The notes under the pieces are model-generated. The model was not told the DNA's origin and did no database searches. It saw only the letters and a program-made list of their open reading frames with translations. A program made the position numbers and the translations under genes. Below, one piece after another: positions 13,534-26,990 of a DNA stretch of 64,000 nt (position 1 is its first letter; the number at the start of each line of letters is the position of its first letter). Source of the DNA: Catajapyx aquilonaris (Eukaryota); the NCBI GenBank assembly GCA_000934665.2, contig JYFJ02001098.1, positions 1 to 64,000 of the forward strand. The letters are read 5' to 3'.

Positions 13534-16500
13534 ATGAAGCTCTTAAGGCTGACCCTAAGTGACCTCAAGGCAAAAGCAGTCTCCATCGTCGATGATAGTG
13601 ATGAAGAGGAATGTGCAGAGATGACCTTCGACCGAACGACCGGATTGAGCGTGGCGCCTCTTCTGAAAGCGGATCCGAACAAAGTGGCCCTCTATGTCAC
13701 AGGTCAGCCAGGTCACAGCTGGCTCCTACTCTGCCAGATCAATCTAATTCCCCGGATTTTTCCGGACGCCAGCAAGAGGCTGCTCATTTGGACCTCTGGA
13801 TCCAGAGCGTGCACGTTATGCAGGACCATCGTTTTGTCTGTAAGTATTCGTTACATATATTAATTAGGCCGACTGGTACATGCATTAAATTGATTAAACA
13901 ATAGTGAATGATACTAATATCAAAAGTATTTTATTAGAAAAGTGTTATATTAATAATAAGTTAGTACATGATAGCAATTGCTTGGATTGCCGGGTTTATT
14001 GCGTACATTGATGTAGGCGGTACCGCATCGGCCTTGAACAATATCCTCATCACTGATGGCTCATAAAATTTTCCTGTTTTTTCACACAGTGAGGGACAAT
14101 ATTATTTAATGTTATCGGCTTATTGACTGCTCACACACACAAATGTTAGGGCACAAAGGAATAGCTTTGGGTCATCCACTGGTGGATTATAAAACGATTT
14201 TATGATTGAAAACCTGATATTTCTTCAGTGTATAATTATGACAAGTGCATTGCAAGTCAAAGGTGTATAATGAGAGAAAATAAAAATAGAGTTAGCAAAC
14301 ATTTGCTCAGTCTGGCGAAATAATGATTTTAATTTGATTTTGTTAAATGCGATGCTAAATTTACTGGTAACGGGGATATAGTAATACGACTTCAATGATA
14401 TCAAGTTTTATTACATTCACCGGGGAAAAAAAGATTGGAGATCAATCTAGTTTGAACAGGATGACGAGTATGTAACCATTTGAAAGGGGAATTAGTGGCC
14501 TTTGTTCAGGTGTGGACTTTCCTTCAAAGAACCTCTCTGAATTTGCTCTGTCATTGGATTTTACACCAATAAAATGATGCACGGGTATGTCTTTTGAAAT
14601 GCAGCAAGTCATTCCTCAGTGTATATGACTTGAATACTTCAAGTAATGCCAATCTGCCATCGCATATATTAAAAGGTAGGCCTATATCAGACAATAAGAA
14701 TGAGACGATTTTGAATTTAATTTAAAAAATCATAAATCGTTTTAATAATATTTTTGCTACAGTATAGGCTTACCGGCACTGACAACTGACATCACTGATT
14801 CAACTAGGGAATGGTCATAAAATTATGACTGCCAACAATGAAGCTAACGTAATATTTATTAAAGGCTCGCGAGAATAATACGTGGATTAAAGTATGTTGC
14901 AAATAAGAACAATTAGAATAATTAAATCGGGCTTTCTAGAGAGTTTCAATTATTATTTCTCTGTTGTCCACACCTTCGTCGGGTCCTGAGAATTTTATTT
15001 TGTTTACGGCAATATTTAATTTCTGAGTGTCTCTTTCGAAGGTTATATATTGTGATTTACAATACTTTTATTGCTTATATGAACGTAATTGACTATGGTG
15101 GCCCTCTTTGAATAGAGCATACATTATATTTTGATGATGATCATATAGCCTGTCTCTCCGTGTTGGTGGAATATTGGGAAAGATCAATTGCGTAAATCGC
15201 TCTATCAAGTTCGCCGCTCTGTACTTATCACTTAGCGGAATACTATCTCTTCCTTTTCTCTTTTCCTGCTGGGATTTCCTTGTGGGGACCACAGCTAGGT
15301 TATCCAAAATGTGTTTCGGCGCAATCCAATGTGGTGAAACATGTGCCATATATACAACACAGTACATAGACAGTACAATGATTAGAATTTAGGTCAGCAT
15401 GTAAATAAAAGGCTTCAATTCTTACCACTATAGTGTTGCAATCTATAGGCTACAGTAGCTACACAACTGCTAAAATCCGCAGTAGTACAGATCAGAAGAT
15501 ATTTCATTGATATATTCTGTGTCAAGTTAGTAGTCATGCACATATTGAGTGAATAAAATGAGCTGCTGTAGCATACATAATTAATCAGGTACTTTTTTCA
15601 GGTGGTGTCAGCTTTCCTCGTTTTCCTGAGCACGATGATCCTGTTCTACTGGAAAGCTGTGTCTGATGTCCTGGCTACAGATTTTCAAATGTTCGAGACC
15701 TCGGGTATGGCTGCAACATTTTAGCAAATTTCGTCACCTGAAAGTTACATTGTTGCACTGCAGGCCACTGCACACACAAAGATGGTGGAAAAGTCTCGGA
15801 TTCTCCTTTAGAATTTCTAAGATTGCTCTAATTTTCGGAGATACCGGTAAATTGCAGAGTGACTTTATGATATATGCCACTTGTATGAATGTTAGAGCAC
15901 CAAAGTTTGTTGCAATAATAGTCGTATATTCTGCAGAATGATCCTTATTCACATGGGTGAAAAATTCAACATAGGAAAAACTGGTATCGTAAGTGTTTGC
16001 TAACTTTCAAGTGACGATTTTAACTGATTATAAGTTACGAGATAAAGGTCATGCAATGACATTGCCCCCTCGTCTGATCAAAATGTCAATTAAAAAATAT
16101 TTCTGACCTTTTCCTGCAGGTTTGCACATCTTCGTTGTGGTAATTTTATGCTATGGAACCATCACATTTTTCATATGCTGGGTGCAACTCTACCAGCGAC
16201 AAAAGGTGAGGAAAATATCCCTTAAAAATATATTTTCAAGCAATTAATGATTGTGTGTCACATTTCAGCAGGGAATGGAAGATTCCAAATGGATCGCTAC
16301 TTTAACGTTTGTGTCCGAGTACTTAGCAATGGGAAGTGCCCTAGTTTTACTAGGGATCCACAAGCCATCGACACTGGCCTTGTTCGTCCCTTGGTTTCTT
16401 CCTATCGCGACACACGGCGCCATTGTTCTGTACGACTCATTGTTAAACGCACAGGAAAAAGACAGTGACTTATCTCTCATAGTAGAGGTGAGTGTGTGGC

Positions 16501-16985
16501 ACATTGGTGTCGTTTATATCTTTTTCACCGCAATATATGATACGCATGAAGTTTTTTCCTGACATAAAAATATTTGCAGCCATTGCATAAAATTTGTTTC
16601 GAATTTTCAGAGAGTGCAGCAGACGGCAAAGCGGGACATATGGATGCTTTTGTCGGACACACTCTTCCTGGGGACAGCCGTCGTTATGAGTCTGTTGCCT
16701 GGTTTTAGCTTAGGACTGGGCTTTACTATTGTGATAGCCAACTGCTTGCTTCTAGTTTACTTCCTCCTTTGGGCGCAACTCCATTTATATCTGATGACAA
16801 AGGAAGTTAAGTGTGTCAGTGTGGTGTGTGACTCGTCGGACTTGACATCTACTCAGATGCTAAAAGTGATGCCAATGGCACAGGAGTTGATAACTGACTC
16901 CAGAGATTTTTATGCTGTCTTTGCTAGTTGGCTAGTATCGAAAGGGCTAGCCAAATCAGCCCCTCACACGCCACTTAATCAGTAA
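13534..16985 (+). CDS. L2: extended ~6-TM member, 5 coding exons, 362 aa
   Basis: Exons 13534-13839, 15602-15704 (103 nt), 16120-16205 (86 nt), 16269-16487, 16611-16985; phases 0,1,0,0, 1089 nt in frame. Confidence 0.8.
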
Positions 16986-17280
16986 ATGACAGCCCCTAAT
17001 GAAGATTGGTGCCAATTCGCATTTAACAAATGTTACATACATATTTCGCATATATCGTGATAAAATGAACAGTTCGCCTGCTAAATATCGCATATTGACA
17101 AAATATGATGTGATCATAATAATAATTGCATCCAATGTTTGTGACGTTTGGTGCAACGCATCGCAAGTGAATATGACTATTTCATAACGCTGTAACTTTA
17201 TTATAATAAATTTGTATTGTATTATTATATATTAAATCATTCATAAATAATCAGCTGCCTTCAGTTCATGTCTATTCCAT

Positions 17281-17400
17281 TTATGTACTGTATATTCACT
17301 GAATGTACTGTATATTCACTGAATGTACTGTATATTCACTGAATGTACTGTATATTCACTGAATGTACTGTCTATTCAATGAATGTACTGTATATTCACT
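17281..17400. repeat. Minisatellite, 6 x 20 bp (gaatgtactgtatattcact)
   Basis: Six head-to-tail copies are directly visible; the fifth carries two substitutions. Confidence 0.95.
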
Positions 17401-17825
17401 TTATGCCCTCCATGAAGTTCAATGATACTAGAAATCGAACCGTGTTTACACCGTCCAGCAACCCATAGGACCCCTCCCCCATCATCCAAAATTAAAAGCT
17501 TGCAGGTCATGCGACTTTTTTTTTGTAACCACGTAACGGGTCTCCCGCCTCAATAAATACACCTGACTCAATAGCATGAAACGCGAGACACATGGCCCCC
17601 CTTGACAACAACAGTAAATAGTGCGCATGTATTATAGTCCTCATACTGTGGATAGATGTAAGCTGTGATCCAGCTGCATCCAGGCCAGAGAGTTGGGGGA
17701 GAATCAATAGACTGTAGGCATCCCGGATGAGAGAGATATAGGAGAGGGGGTGTGTGCACTGCTGGTGGGACAATCAGAAGGAAAGGAGAGGCCAGTGCTT
17801 GCAGGTGTGTGTCTGCCCCGGGGCC

Positions 17826-20432
17826 ATGGAGCTCCGGGCCACGTCTGGTAGGGGGTCGGACCTAGGGGCGGTGTTGGCCTCGGGTCGAAGCTCCAAGATG
17901 GATCTGGCTGGCTCTCAACTGGATAAGAACCATGAGCCCAGACCCTCAGTGTTCATCCTCTGCTTCGTGCTGGTGAGACTTTTGCAAACTAAATTATACT
18001 GCTGGATTTTCCATTTGGCTGAGAGCTGGATCGTTTCGCATGTTCCTTTTGCAGATCCCAAGGGTGTTCCTTATAGGCTGCTTGGCTTATTGGTTAGCTG
18101 TTCTCTCTGAAAAAGAACGGTCTGGAATTCCCTCGGAGCTCCTGGGCGCCATTAAAGGTAATGGAAAGGCTGTTCTCGTGGGGAGTTGAATTACCACACT
18201 CGGACATGGCATGTTAAATGCCGACAACTACCATTTGGCCTCGCTTCTTGATAAAACCCAATTACTGTGCGAGGGGAAAGTGAATGAGACTGCTGCTGTT
18301 CAAAATCTGTTTGGAGATTTAGCTACTTGGTTACTAGTCAGTTGTGGAGACGATTTTGATACAAACTGGCAGTAAAAAATTTGCTTGGTTACTCTTTAAG
18401 GCATCTTAGGAGAAATAAAATATAAGAAAGGTTTGCAACTAAAAGTGTGTTCATATATAAGCTCGTGAAAATAGACCGTGCTAAAGTGTCTCAAATTGGC
18501 TCAAAGACAAGTCCTACAGAATTTATGAACATACCTTTACATAACCAAAAGAGCTGAATTAATAAACAGCTTGGTTAACTGTGGCCACATCTTCAATTTT
18601 GAAAGAAAAAATTACTACAGTGGAAAAATGTGTTATTCATTCTAGTAGTTTGCGGGCAGCCAACATCCGCATTTAAATATTAATTAACTTCTTGCACTAT
18701 AAACCAGCGTTTTAATGACTCCATGATGAAGTTCGCTGGACTGCAAGCTTTTTATGGCCTAGCACGGAGGATAAGCAAATAAGCAAAGCTTGAGAGCCCT
18801 ATACAGATATTTCAATTGAATTTTTATAACCTCACAAATCATACTATAGGCCTAGTATTGTTTATATTCAATATCTGCAAATAAGAAAATCTGAGGTGTC
18901 ATTACATCAAGTGGCACACAATCATGATAATTATAGCTGAAAGAAAATGGCTTATTATGCACATTAGGTCGAATCATTTGCGTATGGTACATACATACTT
19001 TTAAAACAATGCACTGAATAAAAATGTGCAGACAACTTTGTTGACAGAATTTTTTCCAGTCTTTCAGGTCATCCTGGGCACGACAATGGCACTCCAAGTG
19101 GCAGTTTTTGTACTGGTGTGCTTGGATTTTATCGCCGAAAGCAGGGTAATTACCCAGCCCATTAATTCGATTCCAAGAATGTGCATGTGCTGTGAAAATA
19201 ACTCTAGAAATCTCTTTGAACGTAATTCACCAGCAGACGACTTTGATTGATCCACCTTTCGTGCTCTTCAATCACGTACACCTCCTCAATGTTTTAAGGG
19301 TTGGGAGGGTGGGGGGAGAAGCCTCAATCGTGCATGGGATCCGATAACAAATCAATAGTATTGCTTGAAGCATGAAATGCCTGTGACTATAGTACTGACA
19401 TGACCAACTTTTTAATTATTGTTCATTATCCTGATTGTGCAGGGGAAGCGAAAATGCATCCTGCCTTGGGTACTGGTCACATCGTTGAACATAGGCAACA
19501 ATGTCCTGTTCGTCGTGGCCCTAACAGCACACGGTGTCCAAACACACGTGACCGTCCCTCTCTTCCTGGGCGACATCCTGGATGACCTGGGTGCCCTGGT
19601 CATGTTCCTCCATTCCTGCGCAGGAAGCAAGGATCAAGGACCTATCAACCGCCGAAGAGCGCTCAAGGTTCAACATTTACGACAATTTTGACTCGAATAA
19701 TCCTTCTTCCTGAATGTTTGTCCGACCTGATAGTACCACTATCACCCGCACGACTTGAGAGTGGCAGGAATGTGCATGGGAAGTGTGCGCCATCTAGTAG
19801 TGGAGAATAGTACTACTGTAGATGGTAAATCGGCCTCCAGCGAGGTACTATCAGGTCGGACAAACATCCGCTAGAGATATCGTATTTATTCCTCCGTCTC
19901 TATGTGACTGTGAGGAATATGGGAGTACGTGGACACTCTTGGAAGTTTTGTTATGTAATGTTTGCATTGTTGTCATCAGAGCCTGCAGCTGTCCCTCCTG
20001 ACTGCCATAAGCGCCAAAGCCCTGGCCATTCTCCTGTATCTGGCTGCTTTGGTGATATGCCTGGCAGCCTGGTTCCACGTCCTGGTGGCGCTGCCCTTCC
20101 TGGCTTACTACATCTTCGTGAATGCCCTGGTGGTGACCCGGTTCTGCTCCATGTACCTGTCCGCGGCTCAGGAGGCTGCGGACGCCCGAGACGCCGCAGA
20201 CGCCTGGATGGCCCGGGTGGCGTGGGATGAGTCCGACGCCCAGGGGCTTCCCATGCCTCTTTCCTCAGAGTGTCTCAGCCACTACTGCCAGAGTGTGGAC
20301 TATGCCGATTACATGCATGATGTGGTGGATCCGGATGAGGTGGTCCATGATGAGGATATGGAGGTGGTCGAGGAAGAGGTCATTCCGTCCGGGGTCAAGG
20401 CCCTGGCACACTGCGGGGGTCATCCAGTTTGA
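17826..20432 (+). CDS. L3: extended ~6-TM member, 5 coding exons, 337 aa, acidic C-tail
   Basis: Exons 17826-17972, 18055-18157 (103 nt), 19060-19145 (86 nt), 19443-19667, 19980-20432; phases 0,1,0,0. Exon 4 begins GKRKCILPW, matching the family xKxxLLLPW motif. Confidence 0.82.
19714..19867. repeat. 24-bp perfect inverted repeat (MITE-like hairpin) in L3 intron 4
   Basis: atgtttgtccgacctgatagtacc (19714-19737) and ggtactatcaggtcggacaaacat (19844-19867) are exact reverse complements. Confidence 0.85.
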
Positions 20433-21674
20433 TCCCGACATGTACTCGACGCAACCAGTACCTGCAACTTTTGTACTGGCTCAGAGTCGCTACGGTGTTG
20501 CAAAAATGTTTTGTTCCGGCTATGAAACGGCTATTTGCCAGCAAAAAAAAAACATTAAAAAAATATTATAATGAAAAAATGGGATCATGAATTATACTGG
20601 ACATTCGTAGACATTCACAATTTCTAGAAACCAGTATGAAGATGTTTCATTTTAGCCTTTCAATTTGCTAAAATTGGCCAAATTACGTATAGGCAGTTTT
20701 TAAATTAATGTTACAAGTAATGGATTCAGCAGCATGCATAATTAGGTGTTTGAACTGAGTGGTTTGCCTTTTCACAGCCGCATGATTTTTTTGCAAGACC
20801 AACACGTCTGTGAGGCTAGTGCAAATATTTGCAGGGAGAAGACCTGCGTAATGGTTGGGGGGGAGGGGAAAATGCTGTTGTCAAATTTATTAAAATAAGA
20901 GTAGGACCACTTAATGGCTCATTTGTTGACTTTTTCATATCGAATTTTGCGATACGTTTCTATCGGATAGGTGTATGGTGACGATTTGTATGCTCAAAAT
21001 TAATAAGCTAAGAATAATGGGACGTGCGTTAAAAATGGCGGCGGTAAGATGACACTACTATGTACCAAATGAAAGAGGGGTCTTGCTCACTATCCACGTT
21101 GTTGATTTTTCTAATGTCAATCCCAACCGTTTAGGTCAAGTGGTGACGAGTACAAAGGCAATTTTCTTATTCCGACAACATTGTTCAAAGTTGTGTAATA
21201 ATAATAATAATAGAGCTGTTTGTTTGTGAGATACACATGAAAACATGTTTTTCGTTTCAGTCGAGTTACATAAACATTCTGATTTATTATCTCTTGAGAC
21301 TGTCCTTATTTTTCCTAATTCGAGTTACATTTCAGGTTACATAAAATATGTTACTACAATACAAATTTCAAGAGTATGTAAATTAATTTGTGCAATTGCG
21401 TGAAGAGCCCACAAAAGAAAAGCCACATTTTCATAAAGTTTATAGGCTACACACGAAAGTAATAATAAATTTCGTATCGCAGTCGTAGCCTATAATGCTC
21501 ATGTTTCTATGCGGTGAAGTTATTTTTGAGGCATATAGCTTACATAGGATAACGGTAGCGGATGTTTAACGGACGCCGTACACAGGAAGTTAGACAGATA
21601 AGCAAGGTTGAACACCCAACAGTCGAGCACTCATACTTGGTAGAGTTATACATTAGTGGTCAGAGGTTGCAAAA

Positions 21675-22909
21675 ATGCCTCAAAAAGATGTGAACGAAAG
21701 CTGCTGCCAAGTGTGTGCACGCATCTCAGCATGGTTGGCAGCAACTCTGTCCATGGTAAGCATTGTTGCCCCCAGAGCAATATTTCAATATTGTTGAGAG
21801 TTGACAATAACACACAAAAAAATGTACGCAGGTGACTGGCATTGTTGGATGCGGAACATTGGGATTCCTTGTATTTCTCTACTCGTCTGGCCCTAAAGGA
21901 CCCATTTTTGGAATCAGCGTGTTAGGTATGAAAGGACCCTATAATTTTTTAGAGTCTATCAAGTTATACGTTTAATGCATATAAATACTTTTAAAAAACA
22001 CCGTTTCTCAGCGTATATTTGCAGCCAGGAAACTGTTTTTATACAAGTAGAAAAGGCCTGGAAAAGAAATTATAAAACTGAGAATACGCATGAAATTTTG
22101 CAAAAAAAAAAAAAATGCAGCGAAAAATTTGTAATCAGCTAAGATATAACAAATAGCCCACACCAGCAGGCAATTTTGCAATTGAAATATATTTCCTCAA
22201 AGCAATTAGACCAAATTACCATCACGCGACGTCAGTAGGTTCATCTTCCTACAGGGAAAAAATGTCTAATAATATTGCATAAAGAGTAATGCTATTTTTT
22301 TTCCCTGTCCTCGACTCTTTGAAGGCAACATATAGTCACATGATAATGACCTTTTCTCCTACCATTAATATGCAGCTCAATTGAACCCTATTTTAGTCAT
22401 GCAGATTGGATTGGCTATTTGCGTCCCGATCAATATCATTCACATCATCATAACAGCCCTACTCATTCACGCACTTCGAAAGGTAAGACACGCTCGCTAA
22501 TGATTAACGCCATGTGCGTGCATATATTATACTTGGGAAGTCTCTATAGTAGCCCAACTTGTACATATTTCGTTTCATATAGCCAATTCAGAATAATATT
22601 TCACGTTATATAAAAAATTAAAAGTAAAATAAATCATTGCCCTTAATTGCTTTATCACATAAGATATCAAACCCATTACAGAAGAAGCACATGCTGATGC
22701 TGCCCTGGATCTTTGGCTGCGGCATCTTGACCCTTGCCCTCTGCGGTTTTTCCGTCTACTACGGCTATCAGACGTATTTGACGACTATAGTGGTCCTAAT
22801 CCCAGCATCCATCTGCCTTCTCCACCTCTTGGAATTGGTCGTAATCGTAGTCCGATTCCGACATTTGTCCCTGATCGATCGAGACCGACTGTACGATCAA
22901 TGGGACTAA
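21675..22909 (+). CDS. T2: four-TM family protein, 162 aa
   Basis: Exons 21675-21755 (MPQKDVNESCCQVC..), 21832-21925, 22397-22482 (86 nt), 22682-22909 (KKHMLMLPW). Confidence 0.88.
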
Positions 22910-23149
22910 TGTAACAAAAAAAAGGTCATCCGACCAATAATAATAAAAAAATCGCATTAAAACGCATCTGCATTGTAGAGAGGTTATATCTTCCGCCAGT
23001 GAACGACGAAGGCCGGCACTTTGCAGGGTGTGACGTAACTTGGCAAAAGGGGTTGGGGGTGACTGCTGGGTGGTGGGGGTACGTATAGTAGCAAAGGAGG
23101 GAAAGGGGGGGGGGGTGAATTCTATTCAATGATTTCAGTCCGGTGCAGC

Positions 23150-24836
23150 ATGGCGGGGAAGAAGGTTTGCGACGACAGAGAGACCTGGTCGTCGTGGGAC
23201 ACTGCTGTCGGTGCCACCATCGTCGCAGTCTTTTCATTGGTATACACATTGAAATTACTCGTGCATTTTTTAAAATATAGAGGCGGTTTGCTCATTGATT
23301 AGTCCGTTTCAGGTTCAATCTGCGTTGGGAGTGGTGCTGAGTGTGTTGGGGATCCTGTACCTGCAGTTACTTGCGGAAGAGAGGCATTTCTACCTGGATC
23401 ACAAATGTACGTTGATAGGATTTCCTCATGTGGAGCGTCAGCAAATTGGCCTTTTAATTACTCATCATTTTTAACGGGAAGTTAAGTGCTAATGCTAGTT
23501 GCAGACCGGTGTCTTCATCAACCCTTTTAAAATGCTAACAACTAATGATGGTTAAGTGCCAGAAAACACCGTTTCTCCAACCTTGTTAACGAGCCGTTAA
23601 CAAAAGTGCTAACGACCGTTTGGGGCCATGACTGTACACTGTACACCATTTTTACAAACCGTTAGCATCTGACTGCAGTTAGACTAACTTCAGTTACTTG
23701 TTAATCGACAGTTAAGGACTAACGGACAGTATGTTATGTCTTAACGGAGCTTTCAGGACTAACGTATTATTAAAAGCGCTATTACTTTGCCAATCTTTTA
23801 CCAGATCAGTAGTTAAGTTAACGTGATTATAAACTACAGTTAGCTACTGGCATATCTTTTTAAAAAACTTGCAGAAACCGGAATGTGTCGTTAGCTTTTA
23901 ACAGCTTGTTAAACGTTCTACAACATCAGAACAATTATGAAATTTGACTGTCGTTAGATATTAACCTGCAGTTAATAGCCTGGAAAAAATCCGAGCATAT
24001 CGCCAGTTGCATCAACTCAAATTAATGGAGAAATATTCGATTACGTACATGTGATATTATACGTACCCAGAAATATTAGCTAATTTGCTTCCACACAATC
24101 CGCCCTTAGATCCGGTTACATCGCTGGTAATAAGTTATGCATGCGGCTAGTTTCGTCTTGTTACAAATCAGCGGCAACAATGAAACAATTAACATTTTAA
24201 TAGTACTGCCAGCTGTGCAACCGTCGCTTAATTTTTGTCATACAGGCTGTTAACGACCCGTTACAAATGCTTGGAGAAATTATTTTTTGCAACAACGACC
24301 CTCGATGTGGTTTTGCGGTTGATGCAATACCATCTTCCCCATTTATATTTAAACTCTATTTAAAGACTACTGCTTTATCTACTCAAGCAAAAGTGACGTC
24401 ACTCGCAAATTTTCCTCAATAATTTTCGCTCTAAAGTTACGTCACCACATTCGTGCTAGACAAGCAGGGGAAATTTTGACCTTATCAATGCTGGTCTTTC
24501 CAACAATGTAATATGCTTTTTTAAATTATGTCCACAGTGGTGCCAATCCTCCTGTACGTGTATGCTGGTTCCAATGTTGTGTTCATGGTCGGATCATGTC
24601 TTCTCCTGGCTGGGATACGACACGAGGTCCGTTGGCTTGTGGTCAGCTGGCTTATGACATCCCTGGTGCTGACCATGGCCCACGTGGCAGGGATGGTTCT
24701 GGTCATCTTCTTCCGCCTATGGGACCCTTTCCTGCTGTCGATTCCTCCTGGGTTGGCAGCCCTTGACGTCCTTTTCTCCGCCGTCGTGTGTCTTCACCTC
24801 CGTCGGATGCCAGCTGTCTCCTACGACACAATTTGA
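23150..24836 (+). CDS. T3: four-TM family protein, 160 aa, lacks intron 3
   Basis: Exons 23150-23239, 23313-23406, 24538-24836 (exons 3 and 4 fused: LLLAGIRH-EVRWLVVSW). Confidence 0.85.
23460..24275. mobile_element. Probable non-autonomous DNA-transposon insertion in T3 intron 2, rich in GTTAAC/TAAC/GTTA motifs
   Basis: Dense recurrence of ttaac, gttaac, gttag and ctaac words over ~800 bp, and the intron is 1.1 kb versus about 60-70 nt in many paralogs. The ends are not resolved. Confidence 0.4.
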
Positions 24837-26990
24837 AATGACGACGTCGCAATTGAAACACGCCATGAAAATCAAAAAAAAACGACATCCCTTTTTCTCT
24901 GTTTGATGTTTGCAAATTAGCGATGCCATATCATATTATTGGTAGGCGTTGAAATAGATCGTTTCCGCTCCGGACGTATGGATGTAATTGCGTTACACAA
25001 TGCAAAAAGGAGCGCGTGATCCGGCTTTAATTTTCACACGCTGCGCAACATTGCATACAAAAACATGCATGGTTATTACTGAAAAAAGAATATATTTTTT
25101 TTGTCGACGCCGGAATATTTCGACCTTGATTTGCAATGGAAGTCGTAATTGTTAATGTTTGTACATAATAAGCAAGTGTTGCATTGTCCAAGTTCAGTGG
25201 ATTGTCCTTGCACATTTTTTTTTGTACAGTCTAATTTTTCGCAAACATGACATTTTTGCATTTTGGATTCAGAGCACGAACTTGAGCCCCGTTTTTGGCC
25301 TAGACCTTTTATAAAAGACTATTAGGGAAGGGTCCTTTTCACAAGCGCCTAATTAATTCCAAAGGGCGGGGTGTTTTAGAGGGAAGGGTGGAGGAAGGGG
25401 GGGGGGTCAAATAATTAATTCTTCCAGGATAACCCTCAACGCCCTTTACGCCTCAACGGACAGGACATTAAGAAGCGTCATCGCTGATACGGTACTTGCA
25501 AAAACCCATTAAAACCGTATTCAAACAATTGTTACGCAACACCCACCCGCATCCTTTGCACAGGAAAAAAAACACTTGTTGCGACGCTAGCAAATTAGAT
25601 TAACCCAATCGCGCAAAGTACGTTATGTCATGTGCCTTCAACTGACCTTAAACATCAAATCAAAGTCGCTTTTTAAAAAATCATTTACTCTGTGGTTTGA
25701 GTGTATGTCACATGTGCCTGATTAAATGTTGTATATAAATAACATATGAGGAAAATCCAATTTTGTCGTCTTTCATTTCAGCATTACAGGGATGAAAATC
25801 GTGCCGGTATCTCACTTTTCGCATCCGTGCACGTATATGGTATACGACGCGTTTTATTGAGCTATAGGTGAAATATCAGGAGCAATAATGGAGAAGGTTT
25901 TTATAGGGGGATGATCCGGCGCTGACCTCGTCCATATCGACCACTTTGGTGGGGGCTCTATGTATATATAAGAGGAGAAGGGGTCGACCCAATGTGTGTG
26001 TTTTTAGCAAGGTTGCCACACCCCCACCAAATCCCAAGGGAGCAATCAGTCATCACCGAAAAAAAAAATGAACTATTTTTCAACCACAACCACTTGACCT
26101 TAATATGAAGAATCACACTTGAGACAGCTTGCAAACTGAATTACACAACTGTCCCTTTTTAAAGCACCGCCTGTAGGGTCGTCCATATAATTTGTAGCTT
26201 TTTGTGACATGTCACGCACATTGGGCCAGACTCGTAAAAACCGAGTTTTTTGGAAATTTTGAGAGAAGAAAATGTGCCACCTTAATTGGAAGAAGAAACC
26301 CACAATTTTACATTTATAAAATTTATTTATATCATTTATATATAAAAAGTTTGTCTGTATGTTTGTCCCCAGTTTGTACTATCTACCTATCCCACTTCTA
26401 CACTACTGGGAAAAGTTTGACGACTACACTTTTAAAAGCCTAAACACCCAAAATGCAGGATTTTCTATGTTGAAATACATTATGTACAGTACCGTATACG
26501 TATACGTACTCTCTGGAAACAATCAGAGAGGTGAAATAAATAAATTGATTGTATGTTTTTTTTTGGTAGTTGAGCATACAGTATGGTATATCGCGAATCT
26601 TCCTTGTAAAACCTAGTTTAAAATTAATGCAAAGTCAGGCGTAATATGACTCCCCTGCCCCCCCACGTCATGGCCTGTCACCCTGACATTCAACCCCCAT
26701 GTTCTTAATGGACAACTCCCTTTATATGGGGCATGCTTTATCCGCAGTGGCATGCCTCACGTTTTTTTTGTGTGTACGTCTTCGCGTGGGTAAAGGGGAG
26801 TGGTAAAATGCCAAAAAATCTTATTGAATCACCCCCCCACCCCCCACCCACCCTAGACGAGATGCTGGACATGCGCAAAACGTAGGCGACATTTTTCCAG
26901 CAGGATTCCAGATCAATGCTGGGGCGCCAGCGTGAAGGGGCAGCCTCTTCCTTCATCTGTGGGTTGGGAAGGAACATTCTAGGCTAGAAG

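Noticed and set aside
17281..17400. Regular 20-bp repeats as a CRISPR array
   Set aside because: The copies are head-to-tail with no spacers, in a eukaryotic context with no cas genes. This is a minisatellite.
26916..26987. In-frame upstream ATG extending T4 (stop read-through or uORF)
   Set aside because: A TAG lies just before AAG-ATG at 26991 and the stretch may be intronic. There is no way to support it without transcripts.
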